A stretch of 64,000 bases of DNA, from NCBI GenBank assembly GCA_023380305.1, contig JAMCQZ010000005.1, forward strand, positions 14,902 to 78,901. The letters are read 5' to 3'. Source of the stretch: Patescibacteria group bacterium (GTDB taxonomy: Bacteria; Patescibacteriota; Minisyncoccia; UBA6257; Colwellbacteraceae). The stretch's first letter is position 1, and every line of letters begins with the position of its first letter. Below the pieces are notes generated by a model. The model was not told the DNA's origin, did not search any database, and worked only from the letters and a program-made list of their open reading frames with translations. Shown here piece by piece: positions 28,053-37,220 of the stretch. The translations under genes and the position numbers were made by a program.

Positions 28053-28251
28053 TACAGAATTTTTATTCAAGACAAGTTGATAAAAAATTGCCGACCAATC
28101 AATTTCATCAACCTTCAATATAATTTTAGAACAAATGATTTCTAAAAAACATGTGGATAATTTAAATTTTTTCCCATCGCGAAAAAAATTGTTTTTTTCC
28201 GATATATCCGTTAAAAGATCACGCGCGGCGTCGGCCTTATGGGAGCAGTCG

Positions 28252-29202
28252 TTAAATTTTTATTCCTCTACTTTCGTCGATCACCCGGATTTCTTCTTCC
28301 AATTCTATATCGAATTTTTTTCTGATCGATTCTTTGGCTAAAGCGACGAGATAAAGAACGTCTTTAGCGGACGCGTCAGCGACATTGACGATAAAATTGG
28401 GATGCTTTTCGGAAATCATCGCCCCTCCCTTGCGCGCTCCCTTAAGCCCGGCTTCGCTTAGAAGGTGAGCCACGGGCACGACGGGAAACGGATCGGTTTT
28501 GATGACGTCTTTGAAGCCATCGCGAAGCCGCGCGGGAACATCCTCCAGCCTGACGTTTTTAAAAACGCTTCCGGCGGAAGGATACTCGAGCGGCTGCCGC
28601 TCGAGACGGTAGGCAATATGTTCCCGAACGGATTTTTCTATCTCCGCCCGATCGCCCTTTTGGAGACGAACGACAACTTCCAAAATAATTTCATTTCCGG
28701 TCCGCTTAAAAATACTCGAGCGGTAGTCGAAGGCACACTGTTTGTTATCCCGGGAGATGATTTTCCGCGGATCTCGGACGTTGAGGCTCTTCACCTCGAT
28801 CACCGAATCTTTCATTTCGCCGCCGAAAGCGCCGGCGTTCCCAAAAACCGCTCCGCCGATCGTTCCCGGCAAACCGCCAGCCCATTCCAATCCCCGCAAG
28901 CTGTTACGCGCGGCAAGATCGACGACCGTGCTCATCTTTGCTCCGGCTCCGGCCCGCATTTCTCCGACCGAGATCTCCAACGAATCCAGACCAATTTTCA
29001 AAACCAATCCCGCGAAACCTTCATCTGAAAACAAAACATTGTTCCCTCCGGCCAAAACGAAAAGAGGGCATCCTTTCTGTTTCCAAAAATCGAGCGCTTC
29101 TTGAATCTCGGCGACGGTTTTGGCTTCGGCAAAATAACGGGCCGGGCCGCCGATTTTGTAGCTCGCATGATTTTTTAAAGGGATATTCTCCTGAATAACC
29201 AT
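28252..29202 (-). CDS. murB: UDP-N-acetylmuramate dehydrogenase
   Basis: YKIGGPA, GLPGTIGGAVFGNAGAFG, FDYRSS, PSAGSVFKN, ISEKHPNFIVN. Confidence 0.96.
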   Translation of the reverse strand: MVIQENIPLKNHASYKIGGPARYFAEAKTVAEIQEALDFWKQKGCPLFVLAGGNNVLFSDEGFAGLVLKIGLDSLEISVGEMRAGAGAKMSTVVDLAARNSLRGLEWAGGLPGTIGGAVFGNAGAFGGEMKDSVIEVKSLNVRDPRKIISRDNKQCAFDYRSSIFKRTGNEIILEVVVRLQKGDRAEIEKSVREHIAYRLERQPLEYPSAGSVFKNVRLEDVPARLRDGFKDVIKTDPFPVVPVAHLLSEAGLKGARKGGAMISEKHPNFIVNVADASAKDVLYLVALAKESIRKKFDIELEEEIRVIDESRGIKI

Positions 29203-29342
29203 TATGTATAGTGTCCAGCCGATCAACCAAAAAGTCAAAATCGGGCCGACCGTTCGGATTTACAGATACGAAAAGAGCGGCAGTGGTGACCTCGTGTAAG
29301 ACTATTTGTTTTAGCGAGTGCTCGTCCTGCCGCTCCGCTCAA

Positions 29343-30014
29343 TTATAACCCAAAGCTGTGTTCCCGAAAATTTATCGTGTGGATAAACCCGATTTTATCC
29401 TTCGGCTCTTTGATCTTCATGCCCCCGAATCCGGAATCGGCAATCGTATCCATAATCTCTCGCGCTTGGTACTCACTCGGGGCCGATGATAAAATCCTGA
29501 TTTCAAAATTCGCCCCGGGCAACCGCGGTGCATGAACAACCTGAACAACCGCCCCTTCTCCAACCTCATTCACTTTGGAAAAATCTATCTTGCCAAAATC
29601 AATCCCGCGGATATCTTTATCGGACGCCGGCGTCACCGCCTTCGCCAAGGTTACGCCCGAATAATTAAAAAGCTCGTAATCCTCCACTTCCCCGCATTTG
29701 GCATCCGGCAAAATTTTTTTTAAAAACACCAGCGCTCGGTTCAGCTCGGATTTCGGGACGATCAAATAATAATTAACCTCTTTGCCAAGGTGGTGCACCG
29801 CGACCTCGACGGCGGCCCTAAAATTGATTTTCCCCATGATTTCAGCCACGGCCCTTCCGCCGTTATCAGAAACAATTTCTATCACCTTTAATTCATGGTT
29901 CTCGATGAAAAGCCGATGAAATAACACCCGGAACAACGGATACAACAACAAGGCGAAAATCAACGCCAATCCGATAATGAGCGCGATCATCGGCAACAAA
30001 GCTATAAATGCCAT
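29343..30014 (-). CDS. membrane-anchored hypothetical protein
   Basis: Long N-terminal hydrophobic segment; TATAAT 7 nt before ATG. Confidence 0.7.
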   Translation of the reverse strand: MAFIALLPMIALIIGLALIFALLLYPLFRVLFHRLFIENHELKVIEIVSDNGGRAVAEIMGKINFRAAVEVAVHHLGKEVNYYLIVPKSELNRALVFLKKILPDAKCGEVEDYELFNYSGVTLAKAVTPASDKDIRGIDFGKIDFSKVNEVGEGAVVQVVHAPRLPGANFEIRILSSAPSEYQAREIMDTIADSGFGGMKIKEPKDKIGFIHTINFREHSFGL

Positions 30015-30052
30015 GATATATATTATACAACATCCGTCCGCCGATATCCGAA

Positions 30053-30076
30053 AAATCCGCCCATCGAGGGCGGATT
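30053..30076 (-). terminator. rho-independent terminator
   Basis: AATCCGCCC-ATCGA-GGGCGGATT hairpin with T-tract on minus strand. Confidence 0.6.
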
Positions 30077-30096
30077 CCGGAAATCTCGATATAAAA

Positions 30097-30507
30097 TTAT
30101 TCTCCGGAAGGCGCGGGCGCTTGCGTCTCTCCCGCGGTTCCGCCGGTCATCGGCTGCCTTGCGGTCGGATTTTTCAAGAAGGCGGCCACCTGTCCAGATC
30201 GGTCAAGCCTAACCGTCCAGATGACATGCTCGCGGTTCAAAATCAGTCTGTCTTCCGGCGACCAGCGCAAATCCGTGAATTTCACCACGCTATAAGGATT
30301 TTCTTGGTTTCCAGTTTGTCTCAAGTACCAAACATCTCTCAACTGGAGACACGGGAAATAACTCAATTTCCCAAAGTAAACGTCTCCGGTTTCGATAGCC
30401 ACGGCGTAGTAGTTGGCCCACGAAGTAAGCGGCCACAGCCACATGCCAAGACAAACAAAAACGACTATGACGATGGCGGCAATGATATATTTGGTTGCTT
30501 TTTTCAT
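30097..30507 (-). CDS. membrane-anchored hypothetical protein
   Basis: TM helix followed by YYAV....G.VYFGKL....L.L.DV.YL...P.D...LNR.HV, a pattern I associate with CPR proteins. Confidence 0.7.
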   Translation of the reverse strand: MKKATKYIIAAIVIVVFVCLGMWLWPLTSWANYYAVAIETGDVYFGKLSYFPCLQLRDVWYLRQTGNQENPYSVVKFTDLRWSPEDRLILNREHVIWTVRLDRSGQVAAFLKNPTARQPMTGGTAGETQAPAPSGE

Positions 30508-30610
30508 GCCCTTATTAGAACGACTCCTCATTGTGTTTAAAATCTGTCCGACTGTTTTTTATCGACGTTATAATAATTTTAACCCTTCGGCGCAGAACGT
30601 CAAATCAAAA

Positions 30611-30844
30611 TTATTTTTTCCCCTTGGAGCCCGCGATTATAATGGCGCCGGTCGGACAAAATCTCGCGGCTTCTTCGATACAAGAGTCGTCGGTTTCCGC
30701 CGTCGCGACTTCTTTATCTTTTTTCCCGCTTTTTTTCAAAGTCGGCTCCGACGTTTTCGAACTCCATCCGAAGACGCCCGGACAGATGTTGGCGCATAAT
30801 CCGCAACGCGCGCATTTTTTATAATCCAAAGAAACTTTTTTCAT
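30611..30844 (-). CDS. ferredoxin (single cluster)
   Basis: CARCGLCANICP ... AARFCPTGAI. Confidence 0.9.
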   Translation of the reverse strand: MKKVSLDYKKCARCGLCANICPGVFGWSSKTSEPTLKKSGKKDKEVATAETDDSCIEEAARFCPTGAIIIAGSKGKK

Positions 30845-30847
30845 AAA

Positions 30848-31621
30848 TTATCTCCGCTTTTTGGTTCCCGTCTTCAAAAGACCGAGGTTTTCTTCAAGGG
30901 TCGGCCTCGTTTTTTTTCGGAAGACGCCCGTTTTGATCTTCGACTCCGATTTTTCTCCAAAATCGGCCACCGAGACGGTTTGGCCCCGCCTTCTTTCAAT
31001 ATTCTTTCGAAGCCACTCGGCATTGTTATTATAAGACAAACACGGCTCGATTATATCCACCAAGGAAAATCCCTTGTGGTTGATAGCTGCCTTAATGGTA
31101 GATTGAAGACTCGCAAGATCAAAGGTAGTTTCTCGGCCGACGAACGACGCTTTGCTCGCCAAAGCCATGGCAATCGGGTTTAAATCCGAATTCCCGATCA
31201 GCAATCGGTTGGTTGGCGTCGCCTGACCCTTGGTTAAAGCCAAAACGCCGTTATTTAAAACGATGGCCGTGATATCAGGATTCATCCGGCCGCTGGCCGC
31301 CAAGTGGTTGACTCCTTCGCTATAGGTGCCACCGTCTCCGGCAATGGCGATGACCGTCAGTTTCGGATTACCGAGCTTGACACCGACAGCAATCGGAATG
31401 GCTCGGCCGTGCAGCCCGTAAAAAGCGTTCAGATTTAAATAATCGTACATCTTCCCGCCGCAACCAATATCGGTGACTATCACCACGTCCCGCTTGAGGA
31501 TCTTTTTCGAAGCAATCAGATCCTCGAGGGCGGACTTCAGGGCATAAAGCACGACGTTGTTCGGACACCCCGGGCACCACGTTATCGGCATTTTGGAATT
31601 CAAGCTTTCTTTCTTATTCAT
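30848..31621 (-). CDS. 2-oxoacid:ferredoxin oxidoreductase beta subunit
   Basis: TWCPGC, DIGC, LHGR, GDGG TPP motif, LTKGQ, EPC. Confidence 0.93.
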   Translation of the reverse strand: MNKKESLNSKMPITWCPGCPNNVVLYALKSALEDLIASKKILKRDVVIVTDIGCGGKMYDYLNLNAFYGLHGRAIPIAVGVKLGNPKLTVIAIAGDGGTYSEGVNHLAASGRMNPDITAIVLNNGVLALTKGQATPTNRLLIGNSDLNPIAMALASKASFVGRETTFDLASLQSTIKAAINHKGFSLVDIIEPCLSYNNNAEWLRKNIERRRGQTVSVADFGEKSESKIKTGVFRKKTRPTLEENLGLLKTGTKKRR

Positions 31622-33260
31622 GTCGATTTATCGCTTTCAATCTTTTTACAATTTCATCCGCCGTAAACGGCCGACCGCCGTTTTTTAATATCTTATCCCC
31701 GATTTCGATTCCCGTCTTCTCTTTGATGACCTGGCCCAAAAGCCCGGTGGAATTGTTTTCAACCAGGATTGTTTTTCTCGCTTTGCGCATGATCTTCTTC
31801 ACCTTATCAACCGGGAAAGGTGCGACATAGGTAATCTGCAAAAAAGAATAATCCGGAAGCTCTCTTAAAGCGTCGATGATCGCGCCCTTCACCGATCCCC
31901 AGCCGACAATCAAATTCTTTCCCTTGCCATAAACGCGATACGGCTGCAATTTGGCAATCTCTCCCTCCAAAAATTTTCTCTTTTTCCAACGCTTCGCGTC
32001 CATCGCCACGATGGTTTTTGGATCTTCGGTCGTCAACCCTTCTTCGTCGTGTTCGTAACTCGTAACCCGGACCACTTGGTTTTGGCCCGGCGCGAGGCGT
32101 GGACTAACGCCGTTCCGAGTCACGGCGTAGCTCTTATAGTCGGCTCCCGATGCCGTCAAAAATTTTTCCGGCCTTACCAAAAAAGGCGAGGGTTTGAAAT
32201 TGTAATAGCTTTCGGCTAAATGTTTGTCCGTCAAAATCACCACCGGCAGGCGATATTTATAAGCCAGATAAAAAGCTTCGGCTGTCCGGTTGTATGCTTC
32301 ATCCGCGTCCCCGGGCGCGACAACCACGCGCGGAAACTCTCCGTGGCCGATATTCAAAGCGAATTTCAAATCTCCCTGGCTTGTGTAGGTGGGGACGCCG
32401 GTGGAAGGGCCAAGTCGTTCGGCCCAATAAAGGACCAGCGGCAACTCGGACATAGCCGCCAAACTGAAAGATTCAGCCATCAGGGCCGCTCCCTCTCCAG
32501 AAGTAGCCACAGCGGTCATCGCTCCACCAAAAGTCGCTCCCAAGGAATTATTGATGGCGGCGATTTCGTCTTCCGGCTGATGGACGACTACCCGGTTACC
32601 CTGTCTCAACTCGTCGACAAAGCCGGTCGCCGGCGTGATCGGATAAGCAAAACAAAGCTCGAGCCCGGATTCGACCGCGGCTCGGGCCGCGGCCTGGTTT
32701 CCGGTTGATAACCGCAATTTCTGCAACCGCGGCTTGAACCAAAACCTTTTATCGTTCCACGCGCCGTAGCCTTTTTTTAAAGCCTCCCGAGCCACGACCG
32801 CGTCAAATTTAGAAAATTGTTTTGACAAGATTTTCCATCCCGAATGCCAGTCCAACCCAAAAGATTTCAAGACAGCGCCTATAAAAACATTATTGCCGAA
32901 AGAACGCTTGATATTTTTCCGGGCGGCGAACTCATCGGCCCCCACGGAGATGATATTCCCGGTCGGTTTCCGATCGCCGTTGTTTACAAAAATCAAGCCG
33001 TCCGGCTTCAAAAACTTGATGTGTTTGCGGAGCGCGACATCGTCCAGGGCGACGATCACATCGAAATTTTCTTCATGGGAAAAAACCGGATCGGAAGAAA
33101 CGGTAACCACGCTGAAATTGTGGCCTCCCTTGATAAAGGAACCGTAATCACGATAGATAAAACAATAATAGCCGCAAGAAGAGAATATCTCTCCGATCAG
33201 AGCCGCCGTCTTGTCGGTTCCCCGTCCGGCCTCTCCTCCAACCAAAACAGATCGCTTCAT
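31614..33260 (-). CDS. 2-oxoacid:ferredoxin oxidoreductase alpha (gamma-alpha fusion) subunit
   Basis: GGEAGRG, IKGGH, AYPITPA, EDEIAA, GPSTGVPT.T.QGD, SYEHDE. Confidence 0.93.
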   Translation of the reverse strand: MKRSVLVGGEAGRGTDKTAALIGEIFSSCGYYCFIYRDYGSFIKGGHNFSVVTVSSDPVFSHEENFDVIVALDDVALRKHIKFLKPDGLIFVNNGDRKPTGNIISVGADEFAARKNIKRSFGNNVFIGAVLKSFGLDWHSGWKILSKQFSKFDAVVAREALKKGYGAWNDKRFWFKPRLQKLRLSTGNQAAARAAVESGLELCFAYPITPATGFVDELRQGNRVVVHQPEDEIAAINNSLGATFGGAMTAVATSGEGAALMAESFSLAAMSELPLVLYWAERLGPSTGVPTYTSQGDLKFALNIGHGEFPRVVVAPGDADEAYNRTAEAFYLAYKYRLPVVILTDKHLAESYYNFKPSPFLVRPEKFLTASGADYKSYAVTRNGVSPRLAPGQNQVVRVTSYEHDEEGLTTEDPKTIVAMDAKRWKKRKFLEGEIAKLQPYRVYGKGKNLIVGWGSVKGAIIDALRELPDYSFLQITYVAPFPVDKVKKIMRKARKTILVENNSTGLLGQVIKEKTGIEIGDKILKNGGRPFTADEIVKRLKAINRHE

Positions 33261-33295
33261 GATTGTCTAAAGCTAACAGAAATATTGGATTAGGT

Positions 33296-33811
33296 CTACC
33301 GGGCGGGGAGGCTCGGTGTAGGAATCATAAACCTTATCTTATGGATCAGACAGCTGGCCCCCTCTAAAATTGACAAATTATTATTGACTGTCAGATCAGC
33401 CACCACTTGATCATTGACTTTTAGATCCGCGAAAACAATCGATTTTTCTTTATTAGTGGCCGGATCAAAAGCAGCGATGACGGCGTCTTTCTCTAAATCG
33501 CAAGTGACATCGACGCTTTCTGTCTTGGGATTGACAAAGATGCTCGCCAATTTGATAGCTATGGTGATTTTCGTCGGTAATTTTTCGCCGGCGATGTTTT
33601 TAATCGGTCCCTCGATCAAATACGGCGAATAAGTGGCAACTAATTTCTGACCGGATGAGGAAAAAATAGGAACAGTTGTTGTCGTAGGAACCGGTGTCTT
33701 AAGATCCGGAAGCTTTATTTTAAAACTGTCCAGGACGAAAAAGGTGATCCCGGTCGCGACGATAACCAATAAAACAATTAATAAAATCGTGGAATTTTTA
33801 GGCATACGCAT
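33296..33811 (-). CDS. membrane-anchored hypothetical protein (beta-rich, DLKVND.V motif)
   Basis: N-terminal TM, Pro/Thr linker; TATAAT at 33855-33860 on minus strand. Confidence 0.65.
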   Translation of the reverse strand: MRMPKNSTILLIVLLVIVATGITFFVLDSFKIKLPDLKTPVPTTTTVPIFSSSGQKLVATYSPYLIEGPIKNIAGEKLPTKITIAIKLASIFVNPKTESVDVTCDLEKDAVIAAFDPATNKEKSIVFADLKVNDQVVADLTVNNNLSILEGASCLIHKIRFMIPTPSLPAR

Positions 33812-33865
33812 ATGATTAAAATCCTTAGTTCTTTTATATTTTGACCTTGTTTTAATTATACACAA

Positions 33866-35014
33866 TTACCCCAAAAATTGCATTAAAAGGGCTATCAAAG
33901 AACTGCGCGTCGACATGCAGATTAGAGCGGCTAAAAGCATATAGGGAGCAAAGGGGAAAGTTTTATAAATCTGTACTGTTATTTCCGGCTCTCCCGTGGG
34001 TATGGCGGCCAACGCCGTCACCTCGGCAGCGCTCAGCCCTTCCGGACCCCACGATCCCGAATTATCGCCCTGGTTAACGGCTGATAATTTTTCCTTGATA
34101 AGTGGTTCGGCAGAGGGACAAGGCATATCGCCCCTTTTAAGACACCTTAGCGGAACCGTCGAAATTTCTCTAGTCTGTATATAAAAAGCGATAGCCTGTT
34201 TGATAACCCTAAAGACAATCCACATAATCAATACCATCTGCACGAAGGAGAAGACTATCCCCCACTTGCCGAGCCAACCATAGTAGCCGATATAAACCAA
34301 GGGAATGGCGACGATCATCTTATCCAACCACTTGTTTTTTTTCAGATAATCCATCGCTTTTCTGAACAAAATCGCCATAGAGAAAAAAATGAATAGCGGG
34401 TTGGAAAATAGGGACTCAAATACTGTACCACTAAACGCTTTGGAAATTATTTGAAAAAAGGCGAACATCATAAAAAACATCATCAAAGAACTACCCAACT
34501 CTTTCAGTCGAAAAATGCGGGTCTTTCTTTTCTCCTCCAGAGATGATTTTTCATCAACGCGATGGTCAATCCGACGGAATCTTGTAAAATCTTGAAAATA
34601 AATAATCCCCGCTTTTAATACCAAAATGGCCAAAAGGGGAATAAAAAGATTGATCAATAGATTTATCGAAGGAAAAAATTTTATAAAACTGGCCGAATAA
34701 AATTTAAGGGGCATCAAAGCGGCGTAAACCATAAACAGCTTGGCGTCCCCTGCGGACCATAATTTTTTATCCCATAAAACGTAACCTACGACAATCGCCA
34801 AAGCGGCGTTTGATAAAACTTCAGACACATAATGGCTATTTTCCGGAAGACCGATAAAAAAATAGTTGTACAAAAAGACGAATATATAAGAAATCATCGC
34901 GCAACCTAATCCCGCGATAATTATCTTGTTAGGAATTCTGTTGTATCTGATATCCGTGTAAGCGCAGACGAGGCCTATTAAAAACATCAGCGCTATAAAA
35001 AACGCGTCTATCAT
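33866..35014 (-). CDS. A24 family prepilin/preflagellin peptidase (GxGD aspartic protease, FlaK-like C-terminus)
   Basis: YTDIRYNRIPN (Asp1), WSAGDAKLF (GxGD-type), C-terminal PFAPYM; many TM segments. Confidence 0.88.
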   Translation of the reverse strand: MIDAFFIALMFLIGLVCAYTDIRYNRIPNKIIIAGLGCAMISYIFVFLYNYFFIGLPENSHYVSEVLSNAALAIVVGYVLWDKKLWSAGDAKLFMVYAALMPLKFYSASFIKFFPSINLLINLFIPLLAILVLKAGIIYFQDFTRFRRIDHRVDEKSSLEEKRKTRIFRLKELGSSLMMFFMMFAFFQIISKAFSGTVFESLFSNPLFIFFSMAILFRKAMDYLKKNKWLDKMIVAIPLVYIGYYGWLGKWGIVFSFVQMVLIMWIVFRVIKQAIAFYIQTREISTVPLRCLKRGDMPCPSAEPLIKEKLSAVNQGDNSGSWGPEGLSAAEVTALAAIPTGEPEITVQIYKTFPFAPYMLLAALICMSTRSSLIALLMQFLG

Positions 35015-35958
35015 GATTTGGATGTGTTTTTGACGGCGACGATCGGATGATAAATAAAATCTTGGCCTCGGCTCATTTTAAAAGCGCCCATCGACGACCT
35101 GATCGGCTCAAACTCTTTATCTCCGATAAGTCGAAGATAATCATTATGAATCCCCATGCAATATTTCTTGTATAAACAGGTGGAACATTTTTTAGGAAAA
35201 GAGACTTCTGTAGCCGGTAAGGTCCGCCAGGCATGTGGCCAAAGATCCGACGGCAAGGCGCAAAGAGGAAAATGGTACAATCGAAGATCGTTGATTTTGA
35301 CGGCCCACTTGCGGATGCTTTTGGCCACCTCGGACTCGACATCCTGATAGGTTATCCCCACCCGCTTCAGATGATCCCCACACTGGCCCTCTAATTCATG
35401 AAAAATTAACACGACCGCGTTCAATCCCCTGAAACTCTTATAGATAAATTCCAATAAACCATCAAGTTTTTTGTAATTTTGTTTAATAATGACCGTCCTT
35501 GTCTCCACAAAATGACTATCGTTTCTGAAGCGCAAAATATTTTTCAATCCTTGAACAGCCTGGGGAAAACCACCTTTAACGCCGGTTATCTCGTCGTACA
35601 GTGCCGGCGTGTGACCGTGCATGGCGATTTCCAACTTTAAGTTTTCGACGGCTAAAACTTTTTTAGCAAAATCATCGTATGCGAACATCCGGCCGTTGGA
35701 AACGCAAACGATTTCGTTATCCGGAAATTCTTTCCTAATCCAATTTAAAAGTTGGACAAACTGCGGAACAATCGTCGGTTCTCCGCCGGTCAAATTAATT
35801 GATTCTCTGCTTTTAAAAAGTCGATCCGCGCAGTCTTCGATGCGCTTGATTAATTGATTATAACCGTAAGCGCGGCTATCTCGCGGATTATTGAACTCGG
35901 CGGGATTGGAGCACATTACGCACCGGTTGTTGCATCGATTCGTTATGCAAAACTCCAT
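35011..35958 (-). CDS. radical SAM protein, HxsC-like
   Basis: ITNRCNNRCVMCSNP, LTGGEPT, SNGR; C-terminal FPLC...CSTCLYKKYCMG. Confidence 0.9.
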   Translation of the reverse strand: MEFCITNRCNNRCVMCSNPAEFNNPRDSRAYGYNQLIKRIEDCADRLFKSRESINLTGGEPTIVPQFVQLLNWIRKEFPDNEIVCVSNGRMFAYDDFAKKVLAVENLKLEIAMHGHTPALYDEITGVKGGFPQAVQGLKNILRFRNDSHFVETRTVIIKQNYKKLDGLLEFIYKSFRGLNAVVLIFHELEGQCGDHLKRVGITYQDVESEVAKSIRKWAVKINDLRLYHFPLCALPSDLWPHAWRTLPATEVSFPKKCSTCLYKKYCMGIHNDYLRLIGDKEFEPIRSSMGAFKMSRGQDFIYHPIVAVKNTSKS

Positions 35959-35970
35959 CTTACCGGATGA

Positions 35971-36186
35971 TTAAAAATTTACTTCTGAGGCGTCCTTATA
36001 TTCGGCTATCTCGGCCAAAGTGACTTCATAACGACGGGCTTGATCTAAAAGTTCTTCCCGAGCCTTGCGTTTGGCTTCCGCTATGTTGTCCGCCCACACC
36101 CAACCGACCACCTCGAAATGCTCTTTGCTTCTATAAGTGACGATATAAGTTTTTTCTCCTTTGTTTTTATTTTTTTTAGCGTTCAT
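35971..36186 (-). CDS. small hypothetical protein in Hxs cluster (71 aa)
   Basis: Overlaps the upstream rSAM stop codon; beta-beta-alpha pattern TYIVTY...VWADNIAEAK. Confidence 0.65.
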   Translation of the reverse strand: MNAKKNKNKGEKTYIVTYRSKEHFEVVGWVWADNIAEAKRKAREELLDQARRYEVTLAEIAEYKDASEVNF

Positions 36187-37180
36187 GCTTACGGTTTGTA
36201 TTATAAGCATCAAGCATCTTTTTTTGCTCGACGCTGATTTTTTTAACGGGCGACAATTCTTGATCGCCGTAATGCTTTAGATATTCGACCCATATACCCT
36301 CGCAGGCATTATACAATGCGCACCCGCCACAACGCAAAGTCTTTTTCCGAGCCCACTTTTTCCTCGATTCCAAAGCATCAAAATCAACAAAATCTTGGGC
36401 GATGTGTTCGGTATTGAAGGTTTTTGTTTCGTGCAACTCGCTGATTCGATTCAAATAATCAGGAAAATGGCAAAGCGGCACGTATCTTATATCCCAATGG
36501 AGCACATCCTTTTTCCCCCCGAGATCGAGGCATTTTCGGATATAAGGCGCCGCTTCGGATATTTTGGGAACCAGTTCCTCGAAATAACGTTTGGCTCCGC
36601 CTTCGTTGCAATCGACAAAAATGAATTCGGAATCAACGATGCCGTGGTTTAAAATAAATTTCCCTATCTGGGGCAGATAACGATAATTCTGTTTGACAAT
36701 AGTCGTGTTCGAACCGAAATGAAAATTAATTTGTTTCCGCTTAATAATTTCTTGAAGATTCGTCAACCCTTTTTTGAGCTGTTCGAAACTCCCCGGGGCT
36801 TGTGTCAGATAATCATGAATCTCCGGCTTGTGCCCGTGAATAGAAAAAACGACGCTGTTAAGACCGGCTTCCACAAGTTTTTTGGCGACCGATTTATAGG
36901 AAAACATCCGGCCGTTGGTCGCGATCATAATCGTATGAAAACCGATTTTTTTCGCAAAACCGACGATGTCGGGAAAGTCCGGTCTCATCGTCGTTTCCCC
37001 GCCGATGAGTTCGAGATAAACCGTGCCCCTCTTTTTGGCGGCGAATATTTCTTTTTTGATTTCATGCGTCGGTCTGACGGGCATACTCCTTTTGTCCTGT
37101 TCCATGCAAAACCGGCAATGATTATTGCAGGCATAACCCACGAAGATGACGCTTTTGGAGATTTTGCTTTCTTTCCTCAT
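36176..37180 (-). CDS. radical SAM protein (HxsC4-like)
   Basis: CNNHCRFC, IGGETT, TNGR, SIHGH; VPLCH...CGGCALYNACEG. Start moved to ATG at 37180. Confidence 0.92.
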   Translation of the reverse strand: MRKESKISKSVIFVGYACNNHCRFCMEQDKRSMPVRPTHEIKKEIFAAKKRGTVYLELIGGETTMRPDFPDIVGFAKKIGFHTIMIATNGRMFSYKSVAKKLVEAGLNSVVFSIHGHKPEIHDYLTQAPGSFEQLKKGLTNLQEIIKRKQINFHFGSNTTIVKQNYRYLPQIGKFILNHGIVDSEFIFVDCNEGGAKRYFEELVPKISEAAPYIRKCLDLGGKKDVLHWDIRYVPLCHFPDYLNRISELHETKTFNTEHIAQDFVDFDALESRKKWARKKTLRCGGCALYNACEGIWVEYLKHYGDQELSPVKKISVEQKKMLDAYNTNRKHER

Positions 37181-37220
37181 TTTGATTCTATAAAAAGCCT
37201 GGGTGTCGACTATATTCCGG

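Noticed and set aside
27811-28080. 89-aa plus-strand hydrophobic ORF
   Set aside because: Antisense shadow of the Lys-rich peptide gene and its terminator
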